Assembly (NCBI GenBank): GCA_018400955.1
Contig: JAGYLH010000004.1
Coordinates: 3,350-67,349, forward strand
DNA: 64,000 nucleotides
Reading direction: 5' to 3'
DNA from: Bacteroidales bacterium
Lineage (GTDB): Bacteria > Bacteroidota > Bacteroidia > Bacteroidales > F082
Shown here: one piece after another, positions 9,857 to 19,556 of the stretch
Position numbering within the stretch: position 1 is the stretch's first letter
Layout: every line of letters starts with the position of its first letter
Position numbers and translations under genes: made by a program
The notes under the pieces: model-generated
What the model was told of the DNA's origin: nothing
Seen by the model: only the letters and a program-made list of their open reading frames with translations
Database searches by the model: none

Positions 9857-10546
9857 TTAGCGCTCAAATTGCTCATCCGAATCAACAGCCCCGTCCACCA
9901 GGGTAATTACGCGACGGGCGCGGTCAATCACCCTTTGGTCGTGTGTTGAAAATATCAGGGTGATGTTTTCTTCCTTGTTAAGGCGCAACATAATGTCCAA
10001 CAGATTAAAAGCAGATTGTGTATCGAGGTTGGCCGTGGGTTCATCAGCCAGTATAAAACGTGGTTTCGAAGCCAATGCCCTGGCCACTGCCACCCGTTGC
10101 TGCTGACCTCCCGAAAGCTTGGAGGGGCGCACATCCATTTTGTCTTCCAGGCCAACCTGCTTGAGCAATTCAACAGCACGCGCGTCCATTTCCTTTGGGT
10201 TTGTTTTTTGTAACAACATAATAAATGAAACATTTTCCTTGGCTGTGAGCACCGGTAACAGGTTATAGGATTGAAAAACAAAGCCGATGTTGTGCAGCCT
10301 GAAATCAATCAGTTTGGAATCAGAAAGGGAGGTAATTTCCGTATCCCCAATAAAAATTTGTCCCTCAGTTGGTTTATCCAGGCCGCCAATCATATTCAGG
10401 AATGTTGTTTTACCACTTCCTGAGGGGCCAACAATAGCTGTGAACTCGCCGGTTTCAAACTCAAGGTTTACCTGGTTGAGTGCCTTTACAGGCAAGGATT
10501 GATGGTTGTAAATTTTTGAGAGTTTTTCGGTTCTTATGATTTTCAT
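9857..10546 (-). CDS. ABC transporter ATP-binding protein (LolD/MacB-type)
   Basis: Walker A GPSGSGKTT, signature LSGGQQQRVAVARAL, Walker B FILADEPT, H-loop STHD. Confidence 0.92.
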   Translation of the reverse strand: MKIIRTEKLSKIYNHQSLPVKALNQVNLEFETGEFTAIVGPSGSGKTTFLNMIGGLDKPTEGQIFIGDTEITSLSDSKLIDFRLHNIGFVFQSYNLLPVLTAKENVSFIMLLQKTNPKEMDARAVELLKQVGLEDKMDVRPSKLSGGQQQRVAVARALASKPRFILADEPTANLDTQSAFNLLDIMLRLNKEENITLIFSTHDQRVIDRARRVITLVDGAVDSDEQFER

Positions 10547-10598
10547 GATGGTAAGTATTGTCTGTTATTTACTGAAATTATATTCTTAAGGTTGGCTA

Positions 10599-11822
10599 TT
10601 ATTCTTTCCTCACGGCCTCGGCAGGTTTTAGCCTCAGGGCTTTCAGGGCCGGATAAATGGAAGTGAGCACTGCTGTTACAATAACCAAAACCATGAGGAA
10701 AAAGAAAAATGAAAGCTCCAGCTGAGGGTAAACCACTGATGGGAAGCCAAAATCATTGAGCGAATCGCCTCCTACCGCAGCCATGTCAATTCCTGTTTTG
10801 CTGAACAACTGAATGGATACAAAGCCCAGCAGCATCCCCCCAAAAGCACCCATAAGTGTAAGGAAAATTGTTTCTATCATTATCATGGCAAACACTTTTT
10901 TCCTGTTCATGCCAACGGCCATGAGCATGCCCAGCTCCCGAGTGCGTTCAAAAACCGACATTAGCATGGTGTTGACAAGGCCAAATGAAAGGGCAAACAA
11001 GATAATGACAAGGACTATCATCAGCATCATACCAGCCATTTCCTGCAGATAAGCCAACTCAGGTGAAATATCGTCCCAGGTGCGGATGCTGTATTCAGGA
11101 AATTGCTTGACGAGGCGATCGCCCAATGCTTGAACCTGTTCTATATCAGTTGCTACAATAGCCACCTGGTTGATAGTGCTGCCTTCACCAACATAGGGTT
11201 CCAGATCGGATTGCCTCACATATACATGGCTTTCGTCGTATATTCCATTGGAAGTCTGGTAAATACCCGCAACCCGAAAGGAAGCAGAAACCAATTCGCC
11301 TTCAATATTTTGAAAAGTAAGAACCAATCGTGAACCCGGCTGAAGTTTGATCTTGTCGGCCAGTTTCTTTCCAATCAAGACCGGGTTGCGGCCTTCGTCC
11401 AAGATATAATTACCCTCCAAAATATTGTCGTCCAAACCTGTGGTTGAGGCTTCATTTGCTGCATCAATACCAATGATGCTGATGCCCACCGACATATTGG
11501 CGGTTGCCAGCATTCCGCCGGCCAGTGTGCGGCCCGAAAAACCTGCTATCACCGGATCGGCTTGCAGGGCTTTTTTCAAAGCATCCCAATCTGCAATGCC
11601 ATATTTAATATGCCTGTCCTTAAGAAACTCAGGATTCTGCACCTGAATGTGCGAGATGTGCTGCTTAACCGAAAGGTCGAAGCGTTGCAACATCATACCT
11701 GAGCTAAGGGCCGACACAAAAATGCCGCCCCACAGTCCAATGGATACCGCAACAATCATCACCAGGCTGCGGCGTGTGTTACGCCATACGTTAAGCCATG
11801 AAATTTTGAGTAATACTTTCAT
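10599..11822 (-). CDS. FtsX-family ABC permease (LolC/E-like), paralog 2
   Basis: 407 aa. N-terminal WLNVWRNTRRSLVMIVAVSIG helix, a periplasmic loop of about 220 aa, then three C-terminal TM helices with FERTRELGMLMAVGM (FtsX signature). Confidence 0.85.
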   Translation of the reverse strand: MKVLLKISWLNVWRNTRRSLVMIVAVSIGLWGGIFVSALSSGMMLQRFDLSVKQHISHIQVQNPEFLKDRHIKYGIADWDALKKALQADPVIAGFSGRTLAGGMLATANMSVGISIIGIDAANEASTTGLDDNILEGNYILDEGRNPVLIGKKLADKIKLQPGSRLVLTFQNIEGELVSASFRVAGIYQTSNGIYDESHVYVRQSDLEPYVGEGSTINQVAIVATDIEQVQALGDRLVKQFPEYSIRTWDDISPELAYLQEMAGMMLMIVLVIILFALSFGLVNTMLMSVFERTRELGMLMAVGMNRKKVFAMIMIETIFLTLMGAFGGMLLGFVSIQLFSKTGIDMAAVGGDSLNDFGFPSVVYPQLELSFFFFLMVLVIVTAVLTSIYPALKALRLKPAEAVRKE

Positions 11823-11829
11823 TTGAACA

Positions 11830-13053
11830 TTATTGTTTTGCGTGCATAATATTAAGCCTGAACATTTTATAAACCGGATACAGACCGATCAGCACAGAAA
11901 TTATCAAAACGATACGGGCTTGTGAAACAAACACATAAGGATCGAATGCAAAAGGCATAATGGGCTCGAAACCATAATCCAACATGGCTTCGGCCATTTC
12001 ACCCGTAAGGGGAATAGGGTTATAATAAAACCACAGCACCACTGGAATAGCCAGGGCTATGCCGGCCAAAGCCCCGGCAAAGCTGATGAAGAGGGTTTCG
12101 AAGAAACACATCAGCGCCAATTGACCCCGTTTCATGCCAAGAGAAAGCAACATCGCAAACTCCCGCTGTCTTTCGATAATCATGGTTAGAATGGTACCAA
12201 ACAAACCAAAGGCAATCACGATGTATAGGATAAACAGCATAACCATGGTTCCGGCCATATCAAAACTCATCAGGGCCAGCAGGTCTTTTAGCATTTCTTC
12301 CCAACCAAGCACACGGTACCAATCTTGGTCAATGGAAGCATTGAGCTCTTCGATCAACAGGTCAGTTTCCTTGGGGTTTTCTGGCATAACAATCAGTGCC
12401 GTAAGACGGTCCTCGGCCATATAAAACCATTGAGCTGCTTGCAGCGACATATAGATCATATTGTTGTTCAGTTCCGGCAATTTCAGGTCAATAATACCTT
12501 TTATCCTGTATTTTCCGGCAGCTGTAGCACCTTGAAAGCCTTGCCCTATCAAAACCAGGGTATCACCTGTATGCACATTCAATATGCCGGCCAGGCCTTC
12601 GGCAACCAGTATGTCACTATCTTCATTTTTAATTAATTCGCCTTCTGTAAGGTTGTCAGACAAGTCGTTCAATTTTTGTTCCTTTTCGGGATCGATGCCC
12701 ACCACCATGGACCCCCGTGTTTGGCCTTCGGTTGCCACCAGAGCAAAGTTTTGCAGGCGGGGTACCTGATAGGCAATTTTGTTGCCAAAGCCATCCAGCA
12801 GCCGGGCAAGTTCGTCATCGTACAGCAGACTGTTGTCAATGGAGGGTTCGTCCTCATAAAACACATCTTGAATCTGGATATAACCGGTGCTGTACTTCAC
12901 CATGCTGTCGATCATCCGTCCGTAAGAGCCTTGCTCCATGGAATAAAACACGATGGCCAGCAATACGGCAAACAGGACAGAGCTGATGGTGATCAGCGAC
13001 CGCCGCTTATTGCGCCACAAATTGCGCCAGGCCAGGGTTAAGATTATTTTCAT
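11830..13053 (-). CDS. FtsX-family ABC permease (LolC/E-like), paralog 1
   Basis: 407 aa with the same architecture as its neighbour (AWRNLWRNKRRSLITISSV ... IERQREFAMLLSLGM). A 7-nt gap separates it from the next permease. Confidence 0.85.
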   Translation of the reverse strand: MKIILTLAWRNLWRNKRRSLITISSVLFAVLLAIVFYSMEQGSYGRMIDSMVKYSTGYIQIQDVFYEDEPSIDNSLLYDDELARLLDGFGNKIAYQVPRLQNFALVATEGQTRGSMVVGIDPEKEQKLNDLSDNLTEGELIKNEDSDILVAEGLAGILNVHTGDTLVLIGQGFQGATAAGKYRIKGIIDLKLPELNNNMIYMSLQAAQWFYMAEDRLTALIVMPENPKETDLLIEELNASIDQDWYRVLGWEEMLKDLLALMSFDMAGTMVMLFILYIVIAFGLFGTILTMIIERQREFAMLLSLGMKRGQLALMCFFETLFISFAGALAGIALAIPVVLWFYYNPIPLTGEMAEAMLDYGFEPIMPFAFDPYVFVSQARIVLIISVLIGLYPVYKMFRLNIMHAKQ

Positions 13054-13175
13054 TGTTTAAGTTTTATCGTAATAATTGCGTCCCTATTTTGGGCTTTTAA
13101 ATAAAGCTGCTATTTGTTTTATCAGCATTTTCTTAATCAAAAGCAATCGCTAACATATCATTTTTACCACACAAC

Positions 13176-13943
13176 TTACATCCCTTGCAAGGCATCAAAA
13201 TTCTTCAGGTTTTGCGTGGAAAAGAAATCTTCCTCAATCGGAAAATCAAACCGTGCATTCTGATAAACAATGATGGTGCTTTGATTTTTGCTGTTGTGAG
13301 GGATCATTTCCATGCGTGTAGGCAGCTCCCGGTCATCCATCAGGCGCACATCGCTCATCAGCATGGTGGAAACCAGCTCGTCACCTTCATCATAATTTTC
13401 TGTTTTCATGTGCAGGTATTTGTCTTTTGATACCCATAGCAGCACCTTGCTAAAGACTACCGAAGATTCGGGATGGGGAATAAGTTCAATTTTCCAGCAA
13501 AGGTGACCGTCAATTACTTCCTCGCCAAGAATCTGGTGGTCGTAATCCTTAATAGTTGAACTTTCGCGCACCAGATCGTCGTTGGAAAAGTCGGAACCCA
13601 TCCACGATTGCGACATCATAGAAGGAGGCATTTTAATGGTGCGGTCAATCGAAGGGATAAAATTCCAGATTTCCTTTTGCCTTTTCAAAAAACCCATGCC
13701 TTTATCACGGGCAGGTGCTGTGACAAATATCAGGCTGTATTCCTCGCCTTTTGACCAGGCCCGCAGGCTGATCTCACGGGTATAGCGCGGGCGCACTGTT
13801 GTCATGGTCATTTCCACATACGATGAGCTTCCCCGGGCATTGTCTTCCATTTTCTGAATGATTTCGCGCACATTTTGTGCCGATGATTCGGCGGCTATAA
13901 CAATAAGAAGGCCAAGTAGTAAATATTTTACCTGTTTTTTCAT
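13176..13943 (-). CDS. LolA-like periplasmic protein (outer membrane lipoprotein-sorting protein family)
   Basis: Signal peptide MKKQVKYLLLGLLIVIAAESSAQ. The motif SQSWMGSDFSNDDLVRES and the overall beta-rich pattern match what I recall for the LolA_like family. Confidence 0.68.
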   Translation of the reverse strand: MKKQVKYLLLGLLIVIAAESSAQNVREIIQKMEDNARGSSSYVEMTMTTVRPRYTREISLRAWSKGEEYSLIFVTAPARDKGMGFLKRQKEIWNFIPSIDRTIKMPPSMMSQSWMGSDFSNDDLVRESSTIKDYDHQILGEEVIDGHLCWKIELIPHPESSVVFSKVLLWVSKDKYLHMKTENYDEGDELVSTMLMSDVRLMDDRELPTRMEMIPHNSKNQSTIIVYQNARFDFPIEEDFFSTQNLKNFDALQGM

Positions 13944-13966
13944 TTCAATTATTTTTTGTTGTGACT

Positions 13967-14425
13967 TTATGCTTTATTTTTTGCTTCCCATTGATCAAGT
14001 AGTGTGGGGAATTCTTCACATATATATTTATAAAAATCAGCCCCGTTTTTGAGCCATTCAGCAGTTTTATCTGTCTTTTCTTCGCGCAATTCAATGGCTT
14101 TTTCAAAGTGATTTTGAAGTATTCCAGTCAATTTTAATTTGGACTTCATGATTTCGCTCCACGAAAAACCATGCGAAATCCGGTAATAAGTTTTGCGATC
14201 GCCAGGCAGGCTGATGGCTTTTACAAATCCAACCTGCACCAGGCTGCGGATATTGGTGCTTATAGAACTTTTGCTGGCTTTTAGGGCAGCGGTTAGTTCA
14301 TCAAACGAAACCCGTTCTTTATCACAAACAAACAAATAGCCCAATATGCGTCCTGTCATCCGCGTAAGGCCCGCTTGTTCCATCAGCAAACCTGTTTCTT
14401 CAATATATGACTCTTTTGTGTTCAT
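13967..14425 (-). CDS. GbsR/MarR-type winged-helix transcriptional regulator
   Basis: 152 aa. GLTRMTGRILGYLFVCDKERVSFDELTAALKASKSSISTNIRSLVQVGFV is a typical wHTH of the GbsR-like family. First gene of the ABC operon. Confidence 0.7.
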   Translation of the reverse strand: MNTKESYIEETGLLMEQAGLTRMTGRILGYLFVCDKERVSFDELTAALKASKSSISTNIRSLVQVGFVKAISLPGDRKTYYRISHGFSWSEIMKSKLKLTGILQNHFEKAIELREEKTDKTAEWLKNGADFYKYICEEFPTLLDQWEAKNKA

Positions 14426-14569
14426 AATTTTCAGATTAATGAGTCATCAAAATTAATATTCTTTAAGTTCTGTAACAAAAGAACCAAAAAAACTTTAAGG
14501 GTTGCAAATCTGAAATTAAAGAGGGTAAAAAAATGAAAGGGTCAGAATTATAATGCCTTTGCAATAAAC

Positions 14570-17119
14570 CTAAAACTCATCCTTGCCAAAGCCGGTTTTG
14601 TCCTTTGGCTTTTGTTTTCCATTAAAGTTCAGGCTATAGCTAATGCTGAGTTCGGCAATAGGTCCGAAATAGTAGTAATCGGTATCCTGGTAAAAAATTT
14701 GTACACCATCCTTATTGAACGCCCTTGTTGAAACGCCTCGTAAATTGGAATCGAAAATATTCAGTGCCCGCAGGTTGAACGTCCAGGCCTGTTGCTTGGG
14801 TGGGGAATAGGAGAGCGCTGCATTGGCCATATATCGCAGGGCATTTGAGCCTTGAGCAGTAACCTCTGCTGAGCGCACTTCAAAATCTGCCGAAAGCCTG
14901 AAGGCCTTGCTGATATTGTAATTGCCGCTGCCTTTCAGGTTCCAGTTGGTGGAACGATTGTCTTCGCTGTAACCAAAAATAGCTGCCTGCACCCTGAAGT
15001 GGTATAAAGAAGAACTGATAAAGAATTTTGCCTTGTTGCCCCATTCCAGATTGGCACTCAACTCAGCACCGGCAGCTACTGTTTCTCCGGCATTGGTAAA
15101 GCTTCTGATCAAAACTTGTTCGTCAGGGAATACTGTATTCACGCGGAAAACCGCATTGGTAACACCGCGATAAAAACCTGTTAGGTTAAATTGTTGGTTA
15201 CCCAAATTCTTTTTGTATGAGAGTTCATAGGTTTGAATGTACTCTGGTTTGAGTGCCGGATCGCCCACCACATAAACTTCCAGGTGACGGCGATAAAGGA
15301 ACGGGAACATATTTTTCACCGGCGCACGGCTTATCCTGCGGCTGGCTGCCAGACTGAGCACATCGCTGTTTGCAAAGGCATAGGCTGCGTGCAGGCTTGG
15401 AAACAAATCGGTTTGTTGCACCACATAATCATCTTGCACAGGGCGTTCAAACAGATTGAAATAATCAGGATTGTCAATCTTCAGGTGCTGATCAGTGTGT
15501 TCTACCCTGAGTCCCATTTTATACTGCAATTGTTCCCACTCGCCAGCGAGATCAACATAGGCTGCATAAATACCACGTTGAAGTTCCGAGGCGTTTTCAA
15601 GGCTTGTATAGCCCCCCCATTGATTGGTTGCCACATTGAGTGTGTCGTATTTAAAATTACCTGCAATATTCAGGTATTGAGGCTGGATTCCTGTGCTGAA
15701 AGTCAGGCCGTTTGCGAAATCTTTTGCGTAGTCAATTGACAAGCGGTATCCGTTCAAAGGGGTTTCATCGTTTTGTTTGTAATGTGCTATCATATTGAGC
15801 AATGATGACGTTCCCTGGTCATAGGCCTGGTTGGGATTGTCAATATCATGGCTTAGTAAAGTGTATTCGTAGAGTCCTGCAAAAAGCCATCGGCTGCTTT
15901 GGTTTGGCTTGTAAGTAAAATCGAGACTTAAGGTATTGAACGCACCTTTCCGGATACCGGTGTTCGGGTTGAAGGTAAAACTGCGGTTCCAAATGTTGCT
16001 GTTTTGGCTATTATCCAAATCATCAGTCATATAAATATCATACAGATAATTTGCTTTTCGGCCTTCCAGCTTACTTCCAAAATAGTAAGAAGCAGCCAGA
16101 TGCGATTTACGTGTCAATTGTTTTTCCATGCCCAGATTGGCCGAATAGTTTTCGTGCCATTCAGGCTTCAGTCCTTCAGCATCCATAATTTTGTATGCTC
16201 CTGACGTCTCATCCAATATGCGTGCTGTTCCCCCGCGTTGACCATGCAGGTTGCGGTAGTCATAGTTAAAACCACCAAACAGCAACCAGCCATTGCGGGC
16301 ATAAATGAGGTTAAACCCTCCACCATAGCGGTTGTCATTCAAGGCATCACCGGCAATTGGATCGGTGGTATTGCCCCAGGGTGAGCCGCCAAGCATGCCG
16401 TTAAGTGACAGCGACAGGCCGCTTTGTGCATCTTTCCTTGTGGTGATGTTAATGATTCCGCCTTTGCCCTGTGCATCATAAGCTGCCGAGGGAACAGTAA
16501 TCACATCCACACCCTCTATGCTGTTTGCCGGTATTTGCGACAGCAACATATCCGGATCAATTTGTGTTGGCCTTCCATTCAGGTAAACAACGAAATCTGT
16601 TGTCCCACGCACACTAACTTCACCATCAGGCGATACGGACAAAGCAGGAAGGCGCGACAATAAATCGGCCGCCGTACCGCCACGTGCTGTTTCAAAATCT
16701 TCGGCCCTGTAGCTTGTGCGGTCCAAACGTTTGCTTGCTGTTCGGGCCACGGCCGAAACTTCAACTTCTTGCAAATTAATAGATAAAGGTTCCAGTTGAA
16801 TAATCCCCAAATCATATCGGCTCTGATTTGTCTGGTGGCGAAGGGGAAACTCCTTGTTATTAAAACCGATAAAAGAAATGACAAAGTGCAATTCTGATTG
16901 CGTTTTAATGCTGATCGAAAAATTTCCCTCCAGGTCGGTAGTTGTTCCTTGCAAAGGTGTTTCGTTATTAATTCCGTAAAGGGCTACTGTGGCAAAAGGG
17001 ATAGGGTCCGTTGTTTCGCTGTCAACAACCCTTCCGGATAATTCATATTGTTGACCAAACAAGCCATTGGTTAAAAAAAGGATCAGGGTTAGGAAGAGGG
17101 GGGAATAAGTGGCTTTCAT
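14570..17119 (-). CDS. TonB-dependent-receptor-like outer-membrane beta-barrel protein with N-terminal carboxypeptidase-regulatory-like domain
   Basis: Signal peptide. CarbopepD_reg-like LSGRVVDSETTDPIPFATVALYG...DLEGNFSISI. Plug-like region (RLPALSVSPDGEVSVRGT, IEGVDVITVPSAAYDAQG). Long barrel ending in ...GKDEF. Confidence 0.8.
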   Translation of the reverse strand: MKATYSPLFLTLILFLTNGLFGQQYELSGRVVDSETTDPIPFATVALYGINNETPLQGTTTDLEGNFSISIKTQSELHFVISFIGFNNKEFPLRHQTNQSRYDLGIIQLEPLSINLQEVEVSAVARTASKRLDRTSYRAEDFETARGGTAADLLSRLPALSVSPDGEVSVRGTTDFVVYLNGRPTQIDPDMLLSQIPANSIEGVDVITVPSAAYDAQGKGGIINITTRKDAQSGLSLSLNGMLGGSPWGNTTDPIAGDALNDNRYGGGFNLIYARNGWLLFGGFNYDYRNLHGQRGGTARILDETSGAYKIMDAEGLKPEWHENYSANLGMEKQLTRKSHLAASYYFGSKLEGRKANYLYDIYMTDDLDNSQNSNIWNRSFTFNPNTGIRKGAFNTLSLDFTYKPNQSSRWLFAGLYEYTLLSHDIDNPNQAYDQGTSSLLNMIAHYKQNDETPLNGYRLSIDYAKDFANGLTFSTGIQPQYLNIAGNFKYDTLNVATNQWGGYTSLENASELQRGIYAAYVDLAGEWEQLQYKMGLRVEHTDQHLKIDNPDYFNLFERPVQDDYVVQQTDLFPSLHAAYAFANSDVLSLAASRRISRAPVKNMFPFLYRRHLEVYVVGDPALKPEYIQTYELSYKKNLGNQQFNLTGFYRGVTNAVFRVNTVFPDEQVLIRSFTNAGETVAAGAELSANLEWGNKAKFFISSSLYHFRVQAAIFGYSEDNRSTNWNLKGSGNYNISKAFRLSADFEVRSAEVTAQGSNALRYMANAALSYSPPKQQAWTFNLRALNIFDSNLRGVSTRAFNKDGVQIFYQDTDYYYFGPIAELSISYSLNFNGKQKPKDKTGFGKDEF

Positions 17120-17275
17120 GATGCTTGGTTTAGGACGGCAAAATTAGGCAAATATGCCGGCCGCTGATTCATAGAAAACGGCTTGGGAGCAATTACTTTA
17201 AGGATTATGGAATATAAAGCAAACTGTATTTGTTTAATGGACAACAAATTATTAATCCACTTAAAACAAAATGTG

Positions 17276-17644
17276 ATGAAAAAATTAGTTATTTCAGTTA
17301 TTGCCTTGTCAGCTTTGATGTTTTTTGCCATGCAAACGGCAACAGCCCAACAGGAAACAGAAACCGCCAAAAAGACAGAAAATGTCCGTACAGGTTTTGT
17401 TGACCAAAATGGTGACGGAGTATGCGATCATTATGACGGAAAACGCCCGGGCAAAGGCTTGGGGCCGGGTAACGGACAAGGCGAGGGTAAAGCTACCGGA
17501 AAAGGTCTTGGCAAAGGAAAGGGCCTGAGGGATGGTAGCGGAAAAGGAGAACGTAAACTCGACGGAAGCGGGCCACGCAAAGGCATGCGCCGCGGGCTTC
17601 GCAATGGGACCGGCCCAAACTGTGCCACCACTCCTGCAAAATAA
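17276..17644 (+). CDS. Small secreted Gly/Lys-rich protein with one DxNxDG loop
   Basis: In-frame ATG 17276 gives the signal peptide MKKLVISVIALSALMFFAMQTATAQ. The mature part of about 97 aa has FVDQNGDGVCDHYD followed by GKGLG-type repeats. A terminator lies immediately downstream. Confidence 0.6.
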   Translation: MKKLVISVIALSALMFFAMQTATAQQETETAKKTENVRTGFVDQNGDGVCDHYDGKRPGKGLGPGNGQGEGKATGKGLGKGKGLRDGSGKGERKLDGSGPRKGMRRGLRNGTGPNCATTPAK

Positions 17645-17681
17645 TCCGCTTTATTTTTCCAATTAAAATGCATTGTTTACT

Positions 17682-17716
17682 ATGGGTCCCGATTTTCGGG
17701 GCCCATCTTGTTTTTT
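17682..17716 (+). terminator. Rho-independent terminator after the Gly/Lys-rich gene
   Basis: atgggtcccg / atttt / cggggcccat (10-bp stem with one G-U pair) followed by cttgtttttt. Confidence 0.6.
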
Positions 17717-17747
17717 ACACTATTATTGTTACCTTAAAACCAACACA

Positions 17748-19352
17748 ATGAATCGAAAAAGTTTACTGTTTATTTCTTTACTTTTATTCAGTGGGGGGCT
17801 CTTTGCCCAGGATAATTTTAAATACAATATTGATATCAGCTCATCAACAATGACAGGATTTCCTGGCTTACACTCCTTCGCTTATGGCCAGTATCAGGAT
17901 AAATGGGTGTTGATTGGGGGAAGGCTCGATGGGCTGCATGCACGGCAACCTTTCAACGCTTTCAGGCCTGAGTTCAACAATTCAAACATTTATGTGATTG
18001 ATTGGCCACAGCAACAACTTTGGTCTGCTTCTGTTGAAGTTTTACCTACCGGAATAAAAGAACAATTGCAATCAACCAATATGAATTTTCACCAGGCCGC
18101 CGACACCCTTTACATTATTGGTGGATATGCCTATTCACAATCTGCAAACAACCATATAACTTTTCCTAAGTTAACAACTGTATTGCTGCCGGACCTGATA
18201 GATGCCATTGTGGCCGGTGGGGATATAAGTCCTTATTTTAAGCAAATAACCAATGATATTTTTGCTGTTACAGGCGGTCAGCTCGGAAAAATTGATGAAA
18301 CCTTATACCTGGTGGGAGGGCACCGTTTTGACGGCCCTTATAATCCCAACAATATGCCAACTTATACCCAAACCTATACCAACAGCATCCAAAAATTCCG
18401 CATTGATAACAGCGGAACACAACTTAGCTTCAACAGTTATTCTGTAATTGAAGACCCTGTCCATCTGCGCCGCAGGGACTATAATTTATTGCCACAGCTA
18501 TTCCCCGATGGATCAGCAGGCTATACCATTTCGGCAGGTGTGTTTCAGCCGGATGTTGATTTACCCTATTTATACCCTGTTGATATTAAACCTGATGGCT
18601 ACGTTCCGGTTACAGATTTCAACCAGTACCTGAGTCATTACCACGGTGCAAAAGTGTGTTTTTACCAGGCTGAAGCAAACCAGATGCACAATGTGTTTTT
18701 TGGCGGACTAAGCCAGTATTATTATGAGAATGGCACCCTTATTCAGGATAATTTAGTGCCCTTCGTAAAAACAATAAGCAGGCTGAGCCGATATGCCGAT
18801 GGCAGTTTGCAGGAATACAATTTGCCCGAGTCCATGCCTCAGTTTCAGGCAACCAGTGGTGAGTTTATCGCCAATTTAAATTTACCACACCACGAATCAG
18901 GTATCATTTTGTTGGATGAAATAGATCAGGATACCATCCTTATCGGTCATATTGTTGGCGGGATATACAGCCCTTCCTTAAACCCTTTTGCGGGCAACCA
19001 AACCAACACCACCAGTGCCGACAACACCGTTTTCACAATAAAACTTATCAGGGATGATGCGGTAGGTTACCAGCCGATTGAAGCCGAAAACCCCTACCAG
19101 CTCAAAGTTTTTCCAAACCCTGCCAAAGAATATCTTTTGCTGGAGTATAAGGCCAAAAAAAACACAAGTATGCGCTATTATATTAGTAACACAGCTGGTT
19201 CCATAGTTCTGAAAGGACAATTTGAAAACAATGTTCCGGGCACTGTCAGTAGCACCATTGATGTGGGCGACCTGCCTGCTCAGATACTCTTATTAACAGT
19301 TGTTATTGATGGCAAATACACCTTTCACCAAAGCATTCTCAAGGCGGATTAG
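17748..19352 (+). CDS. Kelch/beta-propeller-like secreted protein with T9SS C-terminal sorting domain
   Basis: ATG 17748 gives the signal peptide MNRKSLLFISLLLFSGGLFAQ; the ORF-track start 17673 lies inside the upstream terminator. Recurrent blade motifs (VLIGGRLDG, LYIIGGYAY, LYLVGGHRFDG, VFFGGLSQYY, IVGGIYS). The C-terminus KVFPNPAKEYLLLEY...LLLTVVIDGKYTFHQSILKAD is T9SS CTD-like. Confidence 0.65.
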   Translation: MNRKSLLFISLLLFSGGLFAQDNFKYNIDISSSTMTGFPGLHSFAYGQYQDKWVLIGGRLDGLHARQPFNAFRPEFNNSNIYVIDWPQQQLWSASVEVLPTGIKEQLQSTNMNFHQAADTLYIIGGYAYSQSANNHITFPKLTTVLLPDLIDAIVAGGDISPYFKQITNDIFAVTGGQLGKIDETLYLVGGHRFDGPYNPNNMPTYTQTYTNSIQKFRIDNSGTQLSFNSYSVIEDPVHLRRRDYNLLPQLFPDGSAGYTISAGVFQPDVDLPYLYPVDIKPDGYVPVTDFNQYLSHYHGAKVCFYQAEANQMHNVFFGGLSQYYYENGTLIQDNLVPFVKTISRLSRYADGSLQEYNLPESMPQFQATSGEFIANLNLPHHESGIILLDEIDQDTILIGHIVGGIYSPSLNPFAGNQTNTTSADNTVFTIKLIRDDAVGYQPIEAENPYQLKVFPNPAKEYLLLEYKAKKNTSMRYYISNTAGSIVLKGQFENNVPGTVSSTIDVGDLPAQILLLTVVIDGKYTFHQSILKAD

Positions 19353-19556
19353 GTGTTTCAGCCATTATCAAAACGCTGAAAATAAATCATGGTTTTTCGG
19401 ATGCAGTCCTTGTGCACAAATCAATAAACGGACGGTTAAAAGGCATATTCCGCAGGCTTTGAAATGGTTGCGCCTTCTATCATTATGTTGTTCCGGTAAA
19501 ACAGGTTTGGACAGCCTAAAACAACTTCTTCTGTTTTTTCAACTCTTACCAAACCA

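Noticed and set aside
17431-17673. 80-aa Pro/Leu/Arg-rich ORF on the minus strand (PLRSPRRMPLRGPLPSS...).
   Set aside because: It is the exact complement of the Gly/Lys-rich coding repeats (GGN/AAR codons read as NCC/YTT). It has no start context of its own and it runs into the plus-strand terminator. It is a shadow ORF.
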